This document shows, piece by piece, positions 11,377-24,700 of a stretch of 64,000 nucleotides of DNA; position 1 is the first letter of the stretch, and each line of letters opens with the position of its first letter. Source of the stretch: Perna viridis (taxonomy: Eukaryota); contig CM074512.1 of assembly GCA_037379345.1 (NCBI GenBank), forward strand, positions 54,395,597 through 54,459,596, written 5' to 3'. The position numbers and the translations under genes are program-made. The notes beneath the pieces are model-generated. The model was given only the letters and a program-made list of their open reading frames with translations, had not been told where the DNA came from and made no database searches.

Positions 11377-14300
11377 TTAAGCAGCAAATGAATGAAGTCT
11401 TAGGTCTATCCCACTTTATTGAAACAAAACTTATCCTTGAAGCTGATATCTAAATAAGCATTTTCAAAAGATTTTTACCATTTCTACATTGCGCTGCGGG
11501 AGGTCTGTTCAATACTCTGGAACTACCATTTCTGTAAAAAAAATATTATCCAGTTTTCATTAATGCTTCATTTCATTAGAAATGTAGATTCATAACTACT
11601 AACATTTGTTTTTCACTGTGTCTGTATTTAAATATTACATACACGCAAAAAGAAACACGATGCTCGAAAAAGGTTAAACCGGGAAATGCGACAGTACGGT
11701 AGAGGAAGTATATAAATCAGTACACACAATAACACAATTATCTTAACGACTGGTTTAAAAATGTATGTCCTCTTTTGAATGCTTCGACTTACGAACAAAA
11801 AAAAAAAAATTCATGATGTAAGCACGTGCGACAATTTGCTCGGTGGAAATGAAAAAAAAAGTTCATATGTATTACTTGTTTCATGATAAAGTCTTTAAAA
11901 ACATATCCACATTCGCATGATGAATATTGTCAATATTAGTTGGGTATTAACGAAAGCTTTTTACATTCTATGATGTAGTGTCAAATTAAGAAATTGAAAA
12001 GAGTGAAAAATACCGAAAGATCACATCAAATTAACACTGTTGTAACTTAAGGCAATATTCAGATATTAACTTAATAAATGTGAATTAAATAATTGCATGT
12101 GTTAAATCTAGTCTTTTCATTACAATGTCATTATTTAATGGGTAATTCTGAAAAACGAAGTTGTCGTTGAAAGAAGTTTTCGCTAGAACACAGACCCGCT
12201 CAGAATTAGGGTTAATTTACCGGCAAATGACAGGGAAAGCATGCTAGGACAGGGAAACTTTTCCGCACGCTAATGCTCTTCCGGAACCTGTTTCCTGAAA
12301 TGTTTTTGTTCTTGAATGGATTAATGAACAAATTCTTTATTTTATCAATTAGGCCAATTTTACACGAAAGAGAGAATTATTTCGACCTCACGCAAACTAT
12401 GAATTCTGGTATGAGAATAACATTAATAAAGAAATAAAGTGTGAATTGATAAAACAGATAATCCATCATTGGGAGTAAATATAAATTGATCTACGCCAGA
12501 AATATGTACAAATTCTAAAATAAACCTCCTACAAAAATATATTGGTAAATGCAAATACTGTACAACAGCAAAACAAAGCAAAGCAAAACAACAAGAACAA
12601 ATAACCCCTACACAAACAAAAAAATAAACAAAAACAATACAAAATAAAAAAAAAATAAAATAAAAAAATAAATAAATAAATAAACCAAGACAAACAAACA
12701 AACAATACAAAATAAAATATTTTGACAAAACCACGGATTTCTGTAGTACCTCAAAACCCTTGATAAAACCACGTAAGTTCACAAATTTTCATCAAATGTC
12801 AAAACAGAGCTTCATTATTTCAATGAATTGTTTTAAATCTACATTGTTTTGAACGCTCGAATAGAAGAAGAAAATTTAAATAATACGCCAGATCACTATC
12901 GATAGCATTTTGAATTATTCATAATCTAGAGTAAGGAATAATAATCCACATGATGGTTACTTAAGACTCATTCAAAATAAAGTGAGTTACCATCATACAC
13001 CGACTACAACAAAGATTCGCCTTATTTACAATTGTCACTTAATTCACATTGTTGTAGGTTCGCGATAGGGTCGGAGTGATGTGTATTATTTTCTCTGCTG
13101 TTTCACGGCGTGGGTTACGTTAAATAGGATTAGTGTCAGCATTGGTCAATACTGGTGTCAGGACAAAGCATGCTGGGATAATAAGGTATTATGGGATGCC
13201 CGCGGTTAGTACAACTTCCGGCAATACTTGCATACAAACAAATAATGTTTTGTACTAATTCTGGTAAAACAAAGTGTTAATAAACTATTCAATGCTTTTA
13301 TTATTATGGTATTATAATGGTATGATGATTCAAAACCAGAAAGTGAAATGACGTTATGTAAACTGACCGATAATAGATTGAGACCAGTGATAGAGACTTC
13401 ATAGGATCTCAATACTTACAAAATTTTTACTTTTATATATCTACAAATTTTGTAGAGATAATAATCTACTGAAAGTAAAAACATCGAAAGCAGAACAAAA
13501 ATAAATATTTAATAATGATTAATAAGGCTTTCGACAAGTCTAATATAATTTTCAGAATCTAGAAAAGTTTGGCATGTAGTTTTAAAGTGATGGTTATTTT
13601 GAAATAAACAGATACCAGCAGTGTCGGTTCCAGAGAAGAAAAACCTAATGAGGGGGCCGCATAATAAAATCCTTGATAAACACATTTTAATGCACTCATT
13701 TACAAACACAAATACCCTATTTTCACTTTTGCAAATTACCCCCTTCCCCCTCTTTTAGATCCGCCTATGTTGTCACTTTTTTAATTTATATTTGCTTTTA
13801 TTTTGTAAAAAAAATCATTCGCGTGAATTACAAGGTTACTGCATCAATAGATCTCTTACTAATTTAAAAAGTACAGCGTATAACTTTCTTTCCTCCAAAA
13901 CTGATTATTTCAATTTTAGTGAAAGGAAGCCAGACTCAGAAACATGTGCAGTGCCCTAAATCCGATTTATTTCGTATTTCGTATTGTCTATTCCCCTTCT
14001 TGCTATTATCTTGGACATCCATTCGAAGATTGCATTCGCCAGTTTATGGAATGCAATATGTATAATGAACATACAAATTACCTGCTGTTACAGTGAGGCG
14101 GTTTTAACGTAACGATAGAATTTCTGTTGGCTTGTGACGAAATTATTACATTTGATGAAAACACAAATACTTTTGCTTGTGTTCATCACTTCATCAAACG
14201 AACAAAAATATTAGAATATCACTTTAAATAGAATGAATACTTCGCACCTTACACCTTTGACCCGATTCCCCCTTTATTTTATTCCTAAGTAATAGTTTAA

Positions 14301-14809
14301 TATCGTTCATGTTGATGATAATTGCCTTTTCCCATTTATTTATCATTGTTTTTTCAGTTACTTTAATTGCAGTCTGATGTATCTTTTGTAAATTATTGTT
14401 TGTATGTAAGGGACCTCCATTATTCTGTTATTACTTGAGTTCAATCCCTTCACTTCTGAGCAAAGGTGTTTAAACTGTAAACATTGTATAGTTTTAAAAT
14501 TTTAATTTTAAAATAGCGGATTAATTCATACAGGTCAGATATGCTTTAAACAACTCGACATGTTTCTTTTATCATCGGATACACATAATGAGATATAACT
14601 ATAAATCAAAGTACTTATGTACTGTTTCAGTTGATGTATAGAATAAAAACTAATACACACAAATCTCACTTCGGAGTTATTTATAGCAAAAAGGTGAAAA
14701 CCATTGACAGGGTAAATGTTAAAAAGCACGACTTGACAATGAAACATCTATAAACCAGGTCATTAATGCACATATTCTGCAATACACACACACACACATA
14801 TATATATAC

Positions 14810-15140
14810 AAAGTCTCAGAATGTGACGACTCTATTCTCTACACTGCTCCATCGGATCAAATTGATACAGGGAAGATAACGTAAACTTATAGAAGGGTCT
14901 GAAAAATTCCCAACGATGTTAGAACTGTCAAATTTGCGAAGCAAATTTTTGTCGTTCCCCCCGCGGGACTCGAACTCATACCGCTGTGACATCTATGGCA
15001 ACACCACCTGCACTAAGTCCAGCGCCCTAGACCACTCGGCCAGCTAGGCTATATAAAATATAGCTTTCGCTGGCCGGGTGATTCCTCCTCGTAGTATTAA
15101 TCTAGGGCTGTAACTTAGTACACGATGTACATGTAACATC
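14810..15140 (-). mobile_element. tRNA(Leu)-derived SINE-like element / pseudo-tRNA
   Basis: Minus strand: A box TGGCCGAGTGG (15042-15032), then TCTAGGGCGCTGGACTTAG resembling the tRNA-Leu D/anticodon arm, and B box GTTCGAGTCC (14975-14966). No intact cloverleaf. Adjacent (TA)/(TG) microsatellite at 14783-14808. Outer boundaries are approximate. Confidence 0.7.
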
Positions 15141-17581
15141 TTTATTAAATCGCATGATGTACTGTGGCTGAATAGAGTATTAAGATTAATCAAATTGATG
15201 GTCAATATTTTCTTAAATTTGATAAAAAAAAACAAAAAAAAAACAGCACATTACTCTTCTATACTAGTTGCTTCGATTTGTTCACATAAGCTTAAATGTT
15301 CCAATGCCATTTACAATTTCAATCAAATTTCGGGGTATCCCCTATCGGGACTACTCGACCATTTCCGCGACTCTTCTGTGTAACGAGAAAGGCTGAGGAA
15401 TTCTGATTAAGGGTATCCCATATACAAATTTAAAACGTTAAAGATAGATAACATGAGTTAGCCTTGTTGAGCTAGTACATATCAATACAAAATTTTTGAC
15501 ATGTGAAAAAGCAAATTGGAGAAAAGATATTCGGAGCAGTACAGTATCTCTTTTCTACAGTCTCTGTTATAGAAGTACGAATATCCTCTGACTGTGAAGG
15601 AAGATTCTATTCTTAAGCTTACTCCTTTGTAGGAATAATTTAGGTCACTTCATATTTAGAAGATGTTTCAACACTATAGTGAAAGTGCGTCAAGACCAGG
15701 ATCTCCATCGACGGTGTTAATTCCATTAGCAATAGTTTATTATGCATTTTCACGTTCATTGAAACACACATCATTGACCTGCATCGGTAAAAAAAATTAT
15801 TCCAATTGTTTCGCATTCATGAGACAATTCACACACCGTGTTTCCTGTTAATTATATTTTGTTACTTCACTTGAGGTACTGGGCCAACTTTCCCAGGATT
15901 CTGACCACAAGTTGTGCCAATTCCAAAAGCAGTTTTGAAAATAATTGATTGTCGTAAATCTTTATTGAGACCTCTAGAAAATAATATATATTGTATTTTA
16001 TTTTTATTTAAGCCTGACTCCGGTTTTTTTTTTGTTAACAGGTTTTGGGTTTTGGTTAAAACCCTATTATTATTCTGTCATATCTCAGTTAACGAAAATG
16101 CATTAAGATTCAAATTATTTAGTTCACCTTTAAATGTAAGTGTATTGCACGTATCTTAAACTTTTTTTTCAATGATAAATTAAACACCATCGAAAGTATT
16201 CTAAGATTCGTCTTACGACTTATCATATGACAGTCGTTAGTCGGTTTCATGACATTTCTCAGAGTGTCCTAAGAAAATCGCATCAAAGACGCATTAACGT
16301 GTGTCCAAATTGGTATGTTTAATCTTGCTTATGTAATTGGTTTCTGTATAGATCAATTTTTGTAACAATAACATGCAAAGTTAGGGGTTGATCCATAGAT
16401 GATGAAAGGGGGGTCTTTCAAAAAGAGGTTTTCGGCTCCTTCTTGTCTCAATTTTGCACGAAATAAAAATTTTACAACTGAAAGGTGTATTCGAACCTTG
16501 GAACCTCCTGGATTCATCCACCCTTGCAAAAACAGTGAGCTTTTGATAACCTTAGTACATTAGGTCTGTACATATATATGCTTAATCTTGAGTAAGTGTT
16601 TTGTTCATATGATTAGTTGTGTCATATTTTTGAAGAAAACAAAACAAAAACAAAAACAAAAAAAACAAGGAGATGGGGCTTTATATGACAATCTCATTTA
16701 TTTCAAACTTGTGTCGTTTAAATGTATAATTCACGAATTACACGTGTAGTAATAAGTAATTGTTATATAAAAATGTCGTTACATTTGAATTTTCAATTAT
16801 TAATTTTTTTTTATAAAACAATTGTGACGAAGTACTTTTTTGTTAAGACTTTCTACTTTAAATTGGAATCTATTGTTATCTTGCATAAAAAGGCTAAACA
16901 TGTTTAATTCTTTTCCATTGCTTAAAAAAGGGAGTCAAAATTTTACATACCGTGAAGAGCAATTTCTACTTGATGAATCAAGAGCAATATACTGCAATAC
17001 AAAAATAAGACGACTCAATACTAGTTCTAAAGTCTAGGGCACCATAAGCACGGATTATTAAGAAGCCTCTTTTGCTTTAAAAGTTTGATTGTATAGTAAA
17101 AACTGGAAATCACTGGAACACCCCCGTTTTTCAGCCAGTCAGCGCCCTTTTCAAATTTCATTTCCGATAAATTGACTAAGAGTATCCTTCGATTGTTTAT
17201 GGATATTTTTAAAGTTTTAAATATATTCAAAATATATACCAAAAACATCAAACATCAAGGGCCATTCTTAGACATTAAAATCAAAATACCGGAACATTGG
17301 TCTCTTCCATGCCACAACTACTTTTGCAAGTCCAGAATACGTGGAGGAACGTCAACTGTACGGATCCAGAATTGTTTTGGAGTTTGATTAAAATCCAAGA
17401 ACATGACAAATGCTTGACAATAGGATACAGGCGATCTACATATACAATGTAGCTAAGTTAGTGATGTCAAGGCCCAAATTAATGTTTAAAAGATGAATAA
17501 ATCTAAACCGGGATCCTGAACCCATGTAAGATATCTACTGTGACATTTGTATAGCTGCATTAGAAATAACAAGTCATAGTA

Positions 17582-17760
17582 CAGTGAGATCTGTCTAAAC
17601 CGAACCCTGCAAAAACCGGAAACCTGTGTAAACAAAAATCTTCTAAAGCCCATTCATATCAGTTTCAATGCGGATCAGTTGAACCTGTGTTAATCGAACA
17701 CTTGACTTGACTGAACAAATCCCTCAGTAGAAGAAGGTTCACTTTAGAGAGGTTTCACTG
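17582..17760. mobile_element. Tc1/mariner-pogo-type MITE (179 bp)
   Basis: TA|CAGTGAGATCTGTCTAAACCGAACC ... GGTTCACTTTAGAGAGGTTTCACTG|TA: ~25-bp imperfect TIR with TA target duplication. Confidence 0.85.
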
Positions 17761-18895
17761 TATAGTAGTAGTAAACGATGAGAAGTATTTTGCTAAAAAT
17801 GGGTAGCCTTTACTTCTTGACGTCATTAACCTTTTTATTATCCCGAAAATAAGCTTAATATATTCACACACATTTTTTTAAAGACAGAAGGTTAAATTTT
17901 ATATACTACAGTGGCATGGACTGTAATCATTTGAAACTAAGTTCTTGAAAAATATGAAGAATTCTGATATGTGAAATATTCGTTACAATGTCCATGCATG
18001 AAGTTTAAACCTACATTTAATACGAAACGATAATTGTATGCGTACATTTAGTCGGGATTTAGTCATAGAACAAGTGAAGGAAACCATTCACACATAACTT
18101 CATGAATATACCACATTCGCTGCTTCGACAAGAAATGTGCCATGCTCCTTTTCATTTAATGAACTCGCACGATGGGTTTTTGCTCTACTTATAAAATCAG
18201 ATGAATTAACACTACAATTAGCACTATATATATTAACCTTGTTTTAATTGAATGCGTTGACGCGTTCTCACACATGTATTACATGTCCAGGTACCATGGC
18301 AGATCCAACAAAGGGGGGAGGCGTCTGCGGGTTGTAGATCCTCCTTTTTGATAGAAAGTTTTGTTAATTTTGTGCAAAATGCGGGCAAAATTGAGCAAAT
18401 AATAACCTGGATCACCTTCTTTCAGATACTCTCTTTTATGTTTTATTGAACCTCTTGAACGCGGAGGTTTAAAATGATATGCTTTTAATTTAATTTTAAG
18501 AAACCACCCATAACTAAGATACCTAAAGAATGAATATGCGAAATGTGAGTCTTCCTTTTAGCATGCCCCCTAGTACCGGAAGTTGTACCGGATACCGTGA
18601 ATCATGAATCAACTTTTAGCACGACCTCATAACCGATTTAAAATTTATAAACTACAAAATTGACACAACCTACAGACACACTGACATAAATAATCAATAA
18701 ATTATCGAATTCAAAATTAAAATAACACAATGTAAAAACGTGTGGAAATGAAGTACAATAAAAAGTATTTAGGTCGATTGACTACAAATATATAAAGACA
18801 AAATATGTTCATATATCGTAATAAAACTAATATAAAAATGACAAACAGAAAAGCATGACTAACGATAACAAGTTTCGAAAAAAAAGCCGAAGACG

Positions 18896-19090
18896 CTTAC
18901 CCTACCGGTTCACCTGCTCAAACTTTTCATTGGAGTCTAAATTGCGCACTTACTTTTGTTTCTTTGTACGTGGTATTTTGCTTATTCCATGTTGTTTGTT
19001 GTGTGTGTCTTTTTTCTCCTGTCTAGATTTCATCTTTGGAAAATATTCTTTTGAACACTGCTGTAATCTTAGTTCCCTTGATTAATCTTT
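18896..19090. repeat. Interspersed repeat family C, copy 1
   Basis: CTTACCCTAC..CACCTG shared with the copy at 28928; ATATTCTTTTGA...AATCTT(A/G)GTTCCCTTGATTA shared with 28928-29120 and 42480-42657. Confidence 0.75.
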
Positions 19091-19552
19091 CAACGATTTT
19101 ATAATTCCTACCTAGGAATTTGAAGAAACCAAACAAATCTATTTTTGTAGATCTATCCCGGAAATAACTTCATTTTTTTTTTACAAATTTGCAACCTGTG
19201 CTTTCTAGCAACATATGTTTATAATTTGTACTAAGGTTATGCAGTAAAATCTGATGCTTTTTCATAAAAAGTAAATACTGGACCAGGCTTGCGTGTCGAA
19301 AATATAATTACTGCAGTAACGTTTGGGAACATAAAGTTCGATCTCATTGCCGATATTTCATAAGATGTGATATCGTTTTTATTGTCGACGTAATATATAT
19401 AGATCTAAAATGTTTGGATATTTTGTTAAAAAGAAAAGATAATCAATGGACTGAAGTGTCAGACACAAATTGATAAGGAAGATTTTCTTTGGGGGGGAAA
19501 GGGTCATTCTTTGTTGGTGTCATCCCAATCTAATTGCCAAAATGGCCCAGTC

Positions 19553-19819
19553 TACATAGCGAGTAATATAATAGTAAATTTCAGGGAATGAGGTTGGTCT
19601 TCCCTTGATTAGATGCCAATCACCCGATTAACTGCCTTGAGTTTTATACTGGATAATTGAAGAAGAGATTTAAATTTTCTATCAATTTTAATACATTAAA
19701 GTACATTGGAAAGGATAGAAAATTTAAATCTCATTGTTGATATCCGGTTTAACTACAAGGCTTTCAACCAGAGGAAGATTTACCCTGCTCCCTGAAGGTA
19801 TCTATATTACTCGCTGTGA
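19553..19819. mobile_element. Foldback (whole-length inverted repeat) MITE
   Basis: Nested inverted arms AGCGAGTAATATA/TATATTACTCGCT and TTCAGGGA/TCCCTGAA; perfect 19-bp GAGATTTAAATTTTCTATC (19665-19683) pairs with 19714-19732. Confidence 0.8.
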
Positions 19820-20457
19820 GTAAAAATTTCTTGAGAGTCAAGATGCCAAACCAAACTTAGAAAATGGAAACAGAACCAATTAGTCAACATACACATTAAA
19901 AAAGAAGCAATCTGGAGACCCTTAAAAACGTGGCAGGAAGAACCAGGTGTATTTCAACTTTAATCCCGGATCATGCAGAATAAACATTTTTTCATGTGAA
20001 AACGAAGCAGTCCAAATAATATTCCATATAATCAATCTATAAACCGCATGATTAGTGAAGAAAACCAACATTACAATTAAAATCGGTAAGTTAGATACAT
20101 ATTCACAAAACAAATCTAGTTTAGAAAGTTGAGGGATAGAATTTTCCCATAATATATTCGACCGGACACGTGATTATACGACAGTCGGGACACTGTGATA
20201 ATAATAGATTTCTAAAAATGGTTGATGAATGATACTACATGATATATATATTTTGACAATTTCTAACATTCTTTTCCTGAACGATTCTCTATATATAAAG
20301 TGAATATGTAAAAGAGACAACAACCCACCGTTATGGAATATGTCAGCATAAGGCCTGCCGTGGTTCTTACTGAACGACAATGAAACCCTCGCGTCCCTAG
20401 GCAATGAATTCATACATGTAATTTATTTATTTTAAAGGGTAATTGCCACGTAATAAT

Positions 20458-20839
20458 GTAGCAGTCTTTCTAAAAATCTGACATGAAGTGATTCAAAAAC
20501 CCATCGAATTCACTTTTATTTCTTGTTCAGAAACAGTCACAGATCACATAACCAGTCTTAGTATTTTTCATTTGGCTGTTGCTCGTCTGAGATAAAAATT
20601 ATATAGATTGTACATGAAATTGGTACTTTGCGAGTATACTTGATCTAGTTTAATTTAGTTGATTTTAGTGGGAGATGAATGTACGATTTCCTAAAAAGTG
20701 CAGATTTGAGTGCAGAAATGATTATTGATATGTGAAAGTATCACATATGTAGACTTAAAAACATCTTTTTTCAGTTGGTCTTTCTTCACTATGAATCACT
20801 TTACCATTGGTAGTGCCTGAATTTTATGTGGACTGGTAC
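20458..20839. mobile_element. MITE family A, copy 2
   Basis: Starts GTAGCAGTCTTTCTAAAAATC, ends GGACTGGTAC|TTAA; aligns end to end with 32922-33313. Confidence 0.8.
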
Positions 20840-21866
20840 TTAATTAGAAATATATAAAGGTCAACTTAGCCTATTTATTATCAAATCTATTATATATGAA
20901 ATACAAAAGTACAAATCATATTAATATTACCAATTTCGGTATGCTGTACATTCACAACTGTTTCAATAAGTAACCTTTTATCAGCGGCATTAAAATCAAA
21001 TACTTAGACCAAATATCTCAAACCAATATCGAGAACATATGTACTTTTATTATTACATTGTAATAACAATTCTTCCAGTTGGTCTTTTTCACATCTTTTT
21101 CATCCAGAATATATATATATAAATGTTTGAATTATCATATTTAAAAAATCGAATGTGTTTTTTTCTTTCTTTTAAACGAAATTATAACAACTTTGTAAAA
21201 TTTCAACCTTAGAATAATAGTTATGACTATACTCACAACACCATATTATTAGAAGCACAATCATATCTTTTTTTTTTATGGAGGGACACCTTTCTTCTTC
21301 TATAAGCATGCGGACTATTATAAGATAATTAATCGGAAAGAGTGAATAACCAAAATATGATAACGAGTGCCGAAGAACTCCTAGACTTAACGAGTGTGCG
21401 GAACTTGTTCCGTGCACGAGTTAAATGTAAATGCGTTCTTTGCACGAGGATTATATTTGGGTTATTTATGACAACCATTCGTTGCTATTTCAACATAAAT
21501 TTTAAATTTAGTGAATGGCGGATTAATATGTTGTTACCTTTGATGGGAGAAAGTCCGAGAGTAAAATTGCCGATTTTACTTCAGTGTGAATTATCAGAAA
21601 TTTTTACACCGGTAACATTCGGTACTTCACTACTGCATATATATGTATGGTTCTTATCTAATTATTTCTTCCATGTAAGTGTTTTTTTTACCCTTTTGTA
21701 AAACTGAAATAAATTTGTAGTCATAATATTAATTATTTGAGTTAAATACAATGAAACCTGTCTAAGACTTTGAATTTTACATTTGAACAAAAAAAAAAGT
21801 TCAATGACTTATGCAATCCCTACCCTCGATATCGCTCAGAAATAAGCCGATATATATTTATATTTT

Positions 21867-22033
21867 AAGGAGGTACACCTGGGGTAAGGGACGTAACTCG
21901 TGAAATAAGTGATATGTTTGCAACATATTCAATTTCTCCAAAGCCTATCAAGCTTTCATTTGAAATAGAAAAATATCAATCCAAGTCACTTTGATGTAAA
22001 ATGGTGAATACAAACGTTCCAATGATTTGTAAT
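21867..22033. mobile_element. MITE family B, inverted partial copy
   Basis: TTAAGGAGGTACACCTGGGGTAAGGGACGTAACTC...TTCCAATGATTTGTAA is the reverse complement of the 11176-11376 element. Confidence 0.75.
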
Positions 22034-24371
22034 TCTTAATTCTTTATATAATCCACATCTGATACAAATAGGAATATGCCATAACAGTACGAATGGATAT
22101 CAAGTAAGTAAATTCTAACAGTACAAATCGATTTTGTAAGTTTTTTTCTATTATTAGTTTTAATGCCTCTTCTCATGAAACTGGTTCGTGGATATTTTTT
22201 TCTTTGCCTGCATCTCACGCTCGGCCTACATACATTTCTATTTTTCAAGTTGTACGTACATATTATACGAAAATCATGTACTTATCACATTTGTATCATC
22301 ATTGTATAAATGGTTTCTTTGGGTAGTCATTAGCACATTAGCTTCTTTAATTAGTATACAGTTTGTGATCTATATACATATAGATGGAAATGTTATGAAT
22401 TTTCGCAGCCTACTTTAAAATGTCATACATAAATAAAATGAAGACACACGCTGATGCTCTATAAGGTCACTTCGTAAGATTCCATTCCTACGTGAGTCGG
22501 AGCAGGCATGCATGCTCTTTTAGGCTCGTATATAGTATGTCTTTAAGTTCTTCATCGGTGATCCAAAGTAAAATGAGTTTTCATTCCATATTGTTCATTT
22601 TGCATTTATTATGGTAATACCCTGTTCAGTCTATATTTTGTGTTCCTCGTCTCGGTTTACAATATGCAATTACATTTAGTCTGTCTATGTAACAAAATAA
22701 AGAAACAACTCAATCTCTTTTACTGTATCTATAAATGTTTTAGTTCTTAGAAAATCTATATTCGTTACCTAGAACTAGCCGATTAGTATCATGAACTTGT
22801 ATCCAATGTACTACCGGAAATGACAAAGAAAGCATGCGCAGAATGGTTGCTTATAGAAGAAAGAGGGCGCATGTCATCCCGACTTGTCGTACAGCGCCTG
22901 GCTAATTTAAATCTTTATTATGTTCTCCAATTCCACTGCCACAACTCTTTTTTCTGCAACCCCACCCCCTTTGCCAAATCTCTGGATCCGCACCTGTTAA
23001 ATTGTACGTGTAGTTCGCGGTGTATGTGTGTTGTTCTTCGATTCTCTCCATGTTTTCTTTATTTTTTTCTTCGTCAGAGTTAAGCTATTATTTTTTAAAA
23101 GAACCCTCTCTTATACTCACGTTTGTATATATTGGTGGATGAAATATTACTGTACAACAGGTTAAGATCGCAACCAACTACTTATGAAGAAATACAAGAC
23201 GCCACATGTTAACAAAAGTGGTTTAAAAGGATTTTGAATGTCAAGTTAACTCATTAAATATATACTTCGATATAACTTCTCGGTAGTGGACAAATTGTCT
23301 ATATACTACCGGTAATAGATGAATAGTCGTCGTCTGACAAAAATAATAATTTATTAGTTTCGAATTTTTATAAGGTTTGCATATATCTTGGATAGATATA
23401 TATTTTTTCAGGTTAGTGTTACATAACAGCTATTAAAAAACATTACTCAACAAGGTAGATTTGTCGCTATCTTGAACCAAACTCAGATAAACTCGTTGGT
23501 AGGTATTTAAGTAGCTACGTCTGAAGTTTCAGTGACTGTAAAAAGAAAATAAAATGGCGCAACATAATACCAATTTACATTAATAAAAGCATTAACAGTC
23601 TATTTTGTAAACGAAAACCGTGAAGAATAGGTCAAACCATATAATCATGGCCACTCTATCAATGGTAAAAATGAGTTTATAAATGCGTCATGCTCGTTTC
23701 GTATTGCCAGAGTGGGTGTTTTTAAACACTTATTGTGAGCGCCCCAGGACAAGGGCCATATTCAACTTGAAACCTTCAAATTTGAACAGATTTTGATAAA
23801 TCTTGTTAAGTTTGAGGTTCATTATGGCTCTGACAATAGTATTTGTGTCTTGAACATGGTTTACATTTTTGAGGCGGTGTAATTTGGCAAGTGACAAATC
23901 AGACAAAGTTCACAGAGGTGAGGTTTCGTCTTTAATGATGTCTTATTATTTTTATCGTTCACGCTTCTTCTTTCGCTTATAGAGACATCTTAACAATTAG
24001 TGTCTTCCCTAATCTGGGATCGTTTTGGAAAGGGATAATACAAACTGTTCATATGTTAAAACATAAAAGACATTAGGTTACGTACAGAGATGGACCCAGC
24101 CGGAGTGGGTGTTGGAATCGGGTTCTGGCTTCCAGAAACCCCTTTCCTTGTAATACCGTTAATTTCGTGCACAATTTGGGCAAATGGTAGTCTTGAAATA
24201 CCCTTTTAAAAATTTCTATGTCTGCCCCTGAGTTCGTATTATTTCACACACCATTGGTTTGTTGAAATATTTCCTTCACATTATGATATAAGTTACTGAC
24301 AAATCAGCAGATCAGTAATGTAAATCGTGAAAATAATAAATTGCTATTTAACATTTATTATATAAATGGTG

Positions 24372-24700
24372 GATTGATTGATTGATTGTCGGGGTTTAAC
24401 GTCCGAGCAGCAGTATTTCAGCTATATTCAGACGATGAACATGAAATGGATGACAAAATGAACTTGAAATGATGATGAAATGAAAAATGGGAGGGGACAC
24501 AAGGATAATAGGGTCGACATCTTTTGATTGCCACTAGAAAAAGGGAGGGATGGGTATGGTCGGGCAAGTTAGCCTCCTGTGGCGGAGCGCAAAGGTTCCT
24601 ACTCATATCGACTACCACATCAGGGTTCTTTAACGTGCGAGGAACATGGCATCTTTCACCACTATGGTTTGCGGTCAGGTTTTCCGTATTATAGCCTGAC
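24372..24700 (-). mobile_element. SINE-like retroposon (329 bp, probably 5'-truncated) with (AATC)n tail
   Basis: 8-bp TSD AAATGGTG at 24364-24371 and 24701-24708; same 3' end as 7312-7373; internal GCACGTTAAAGAACCC recalls a conserved SINE central-domain motif (from memory, unverified); no A/B box seen. Confidence 0.8.

Noticed and set aside
14955-15049. Functional tRNA-Leu gene
   Set aside because: Acceptor and anticodon stems do not pair properly; treated as a tRNA-derived repeat.
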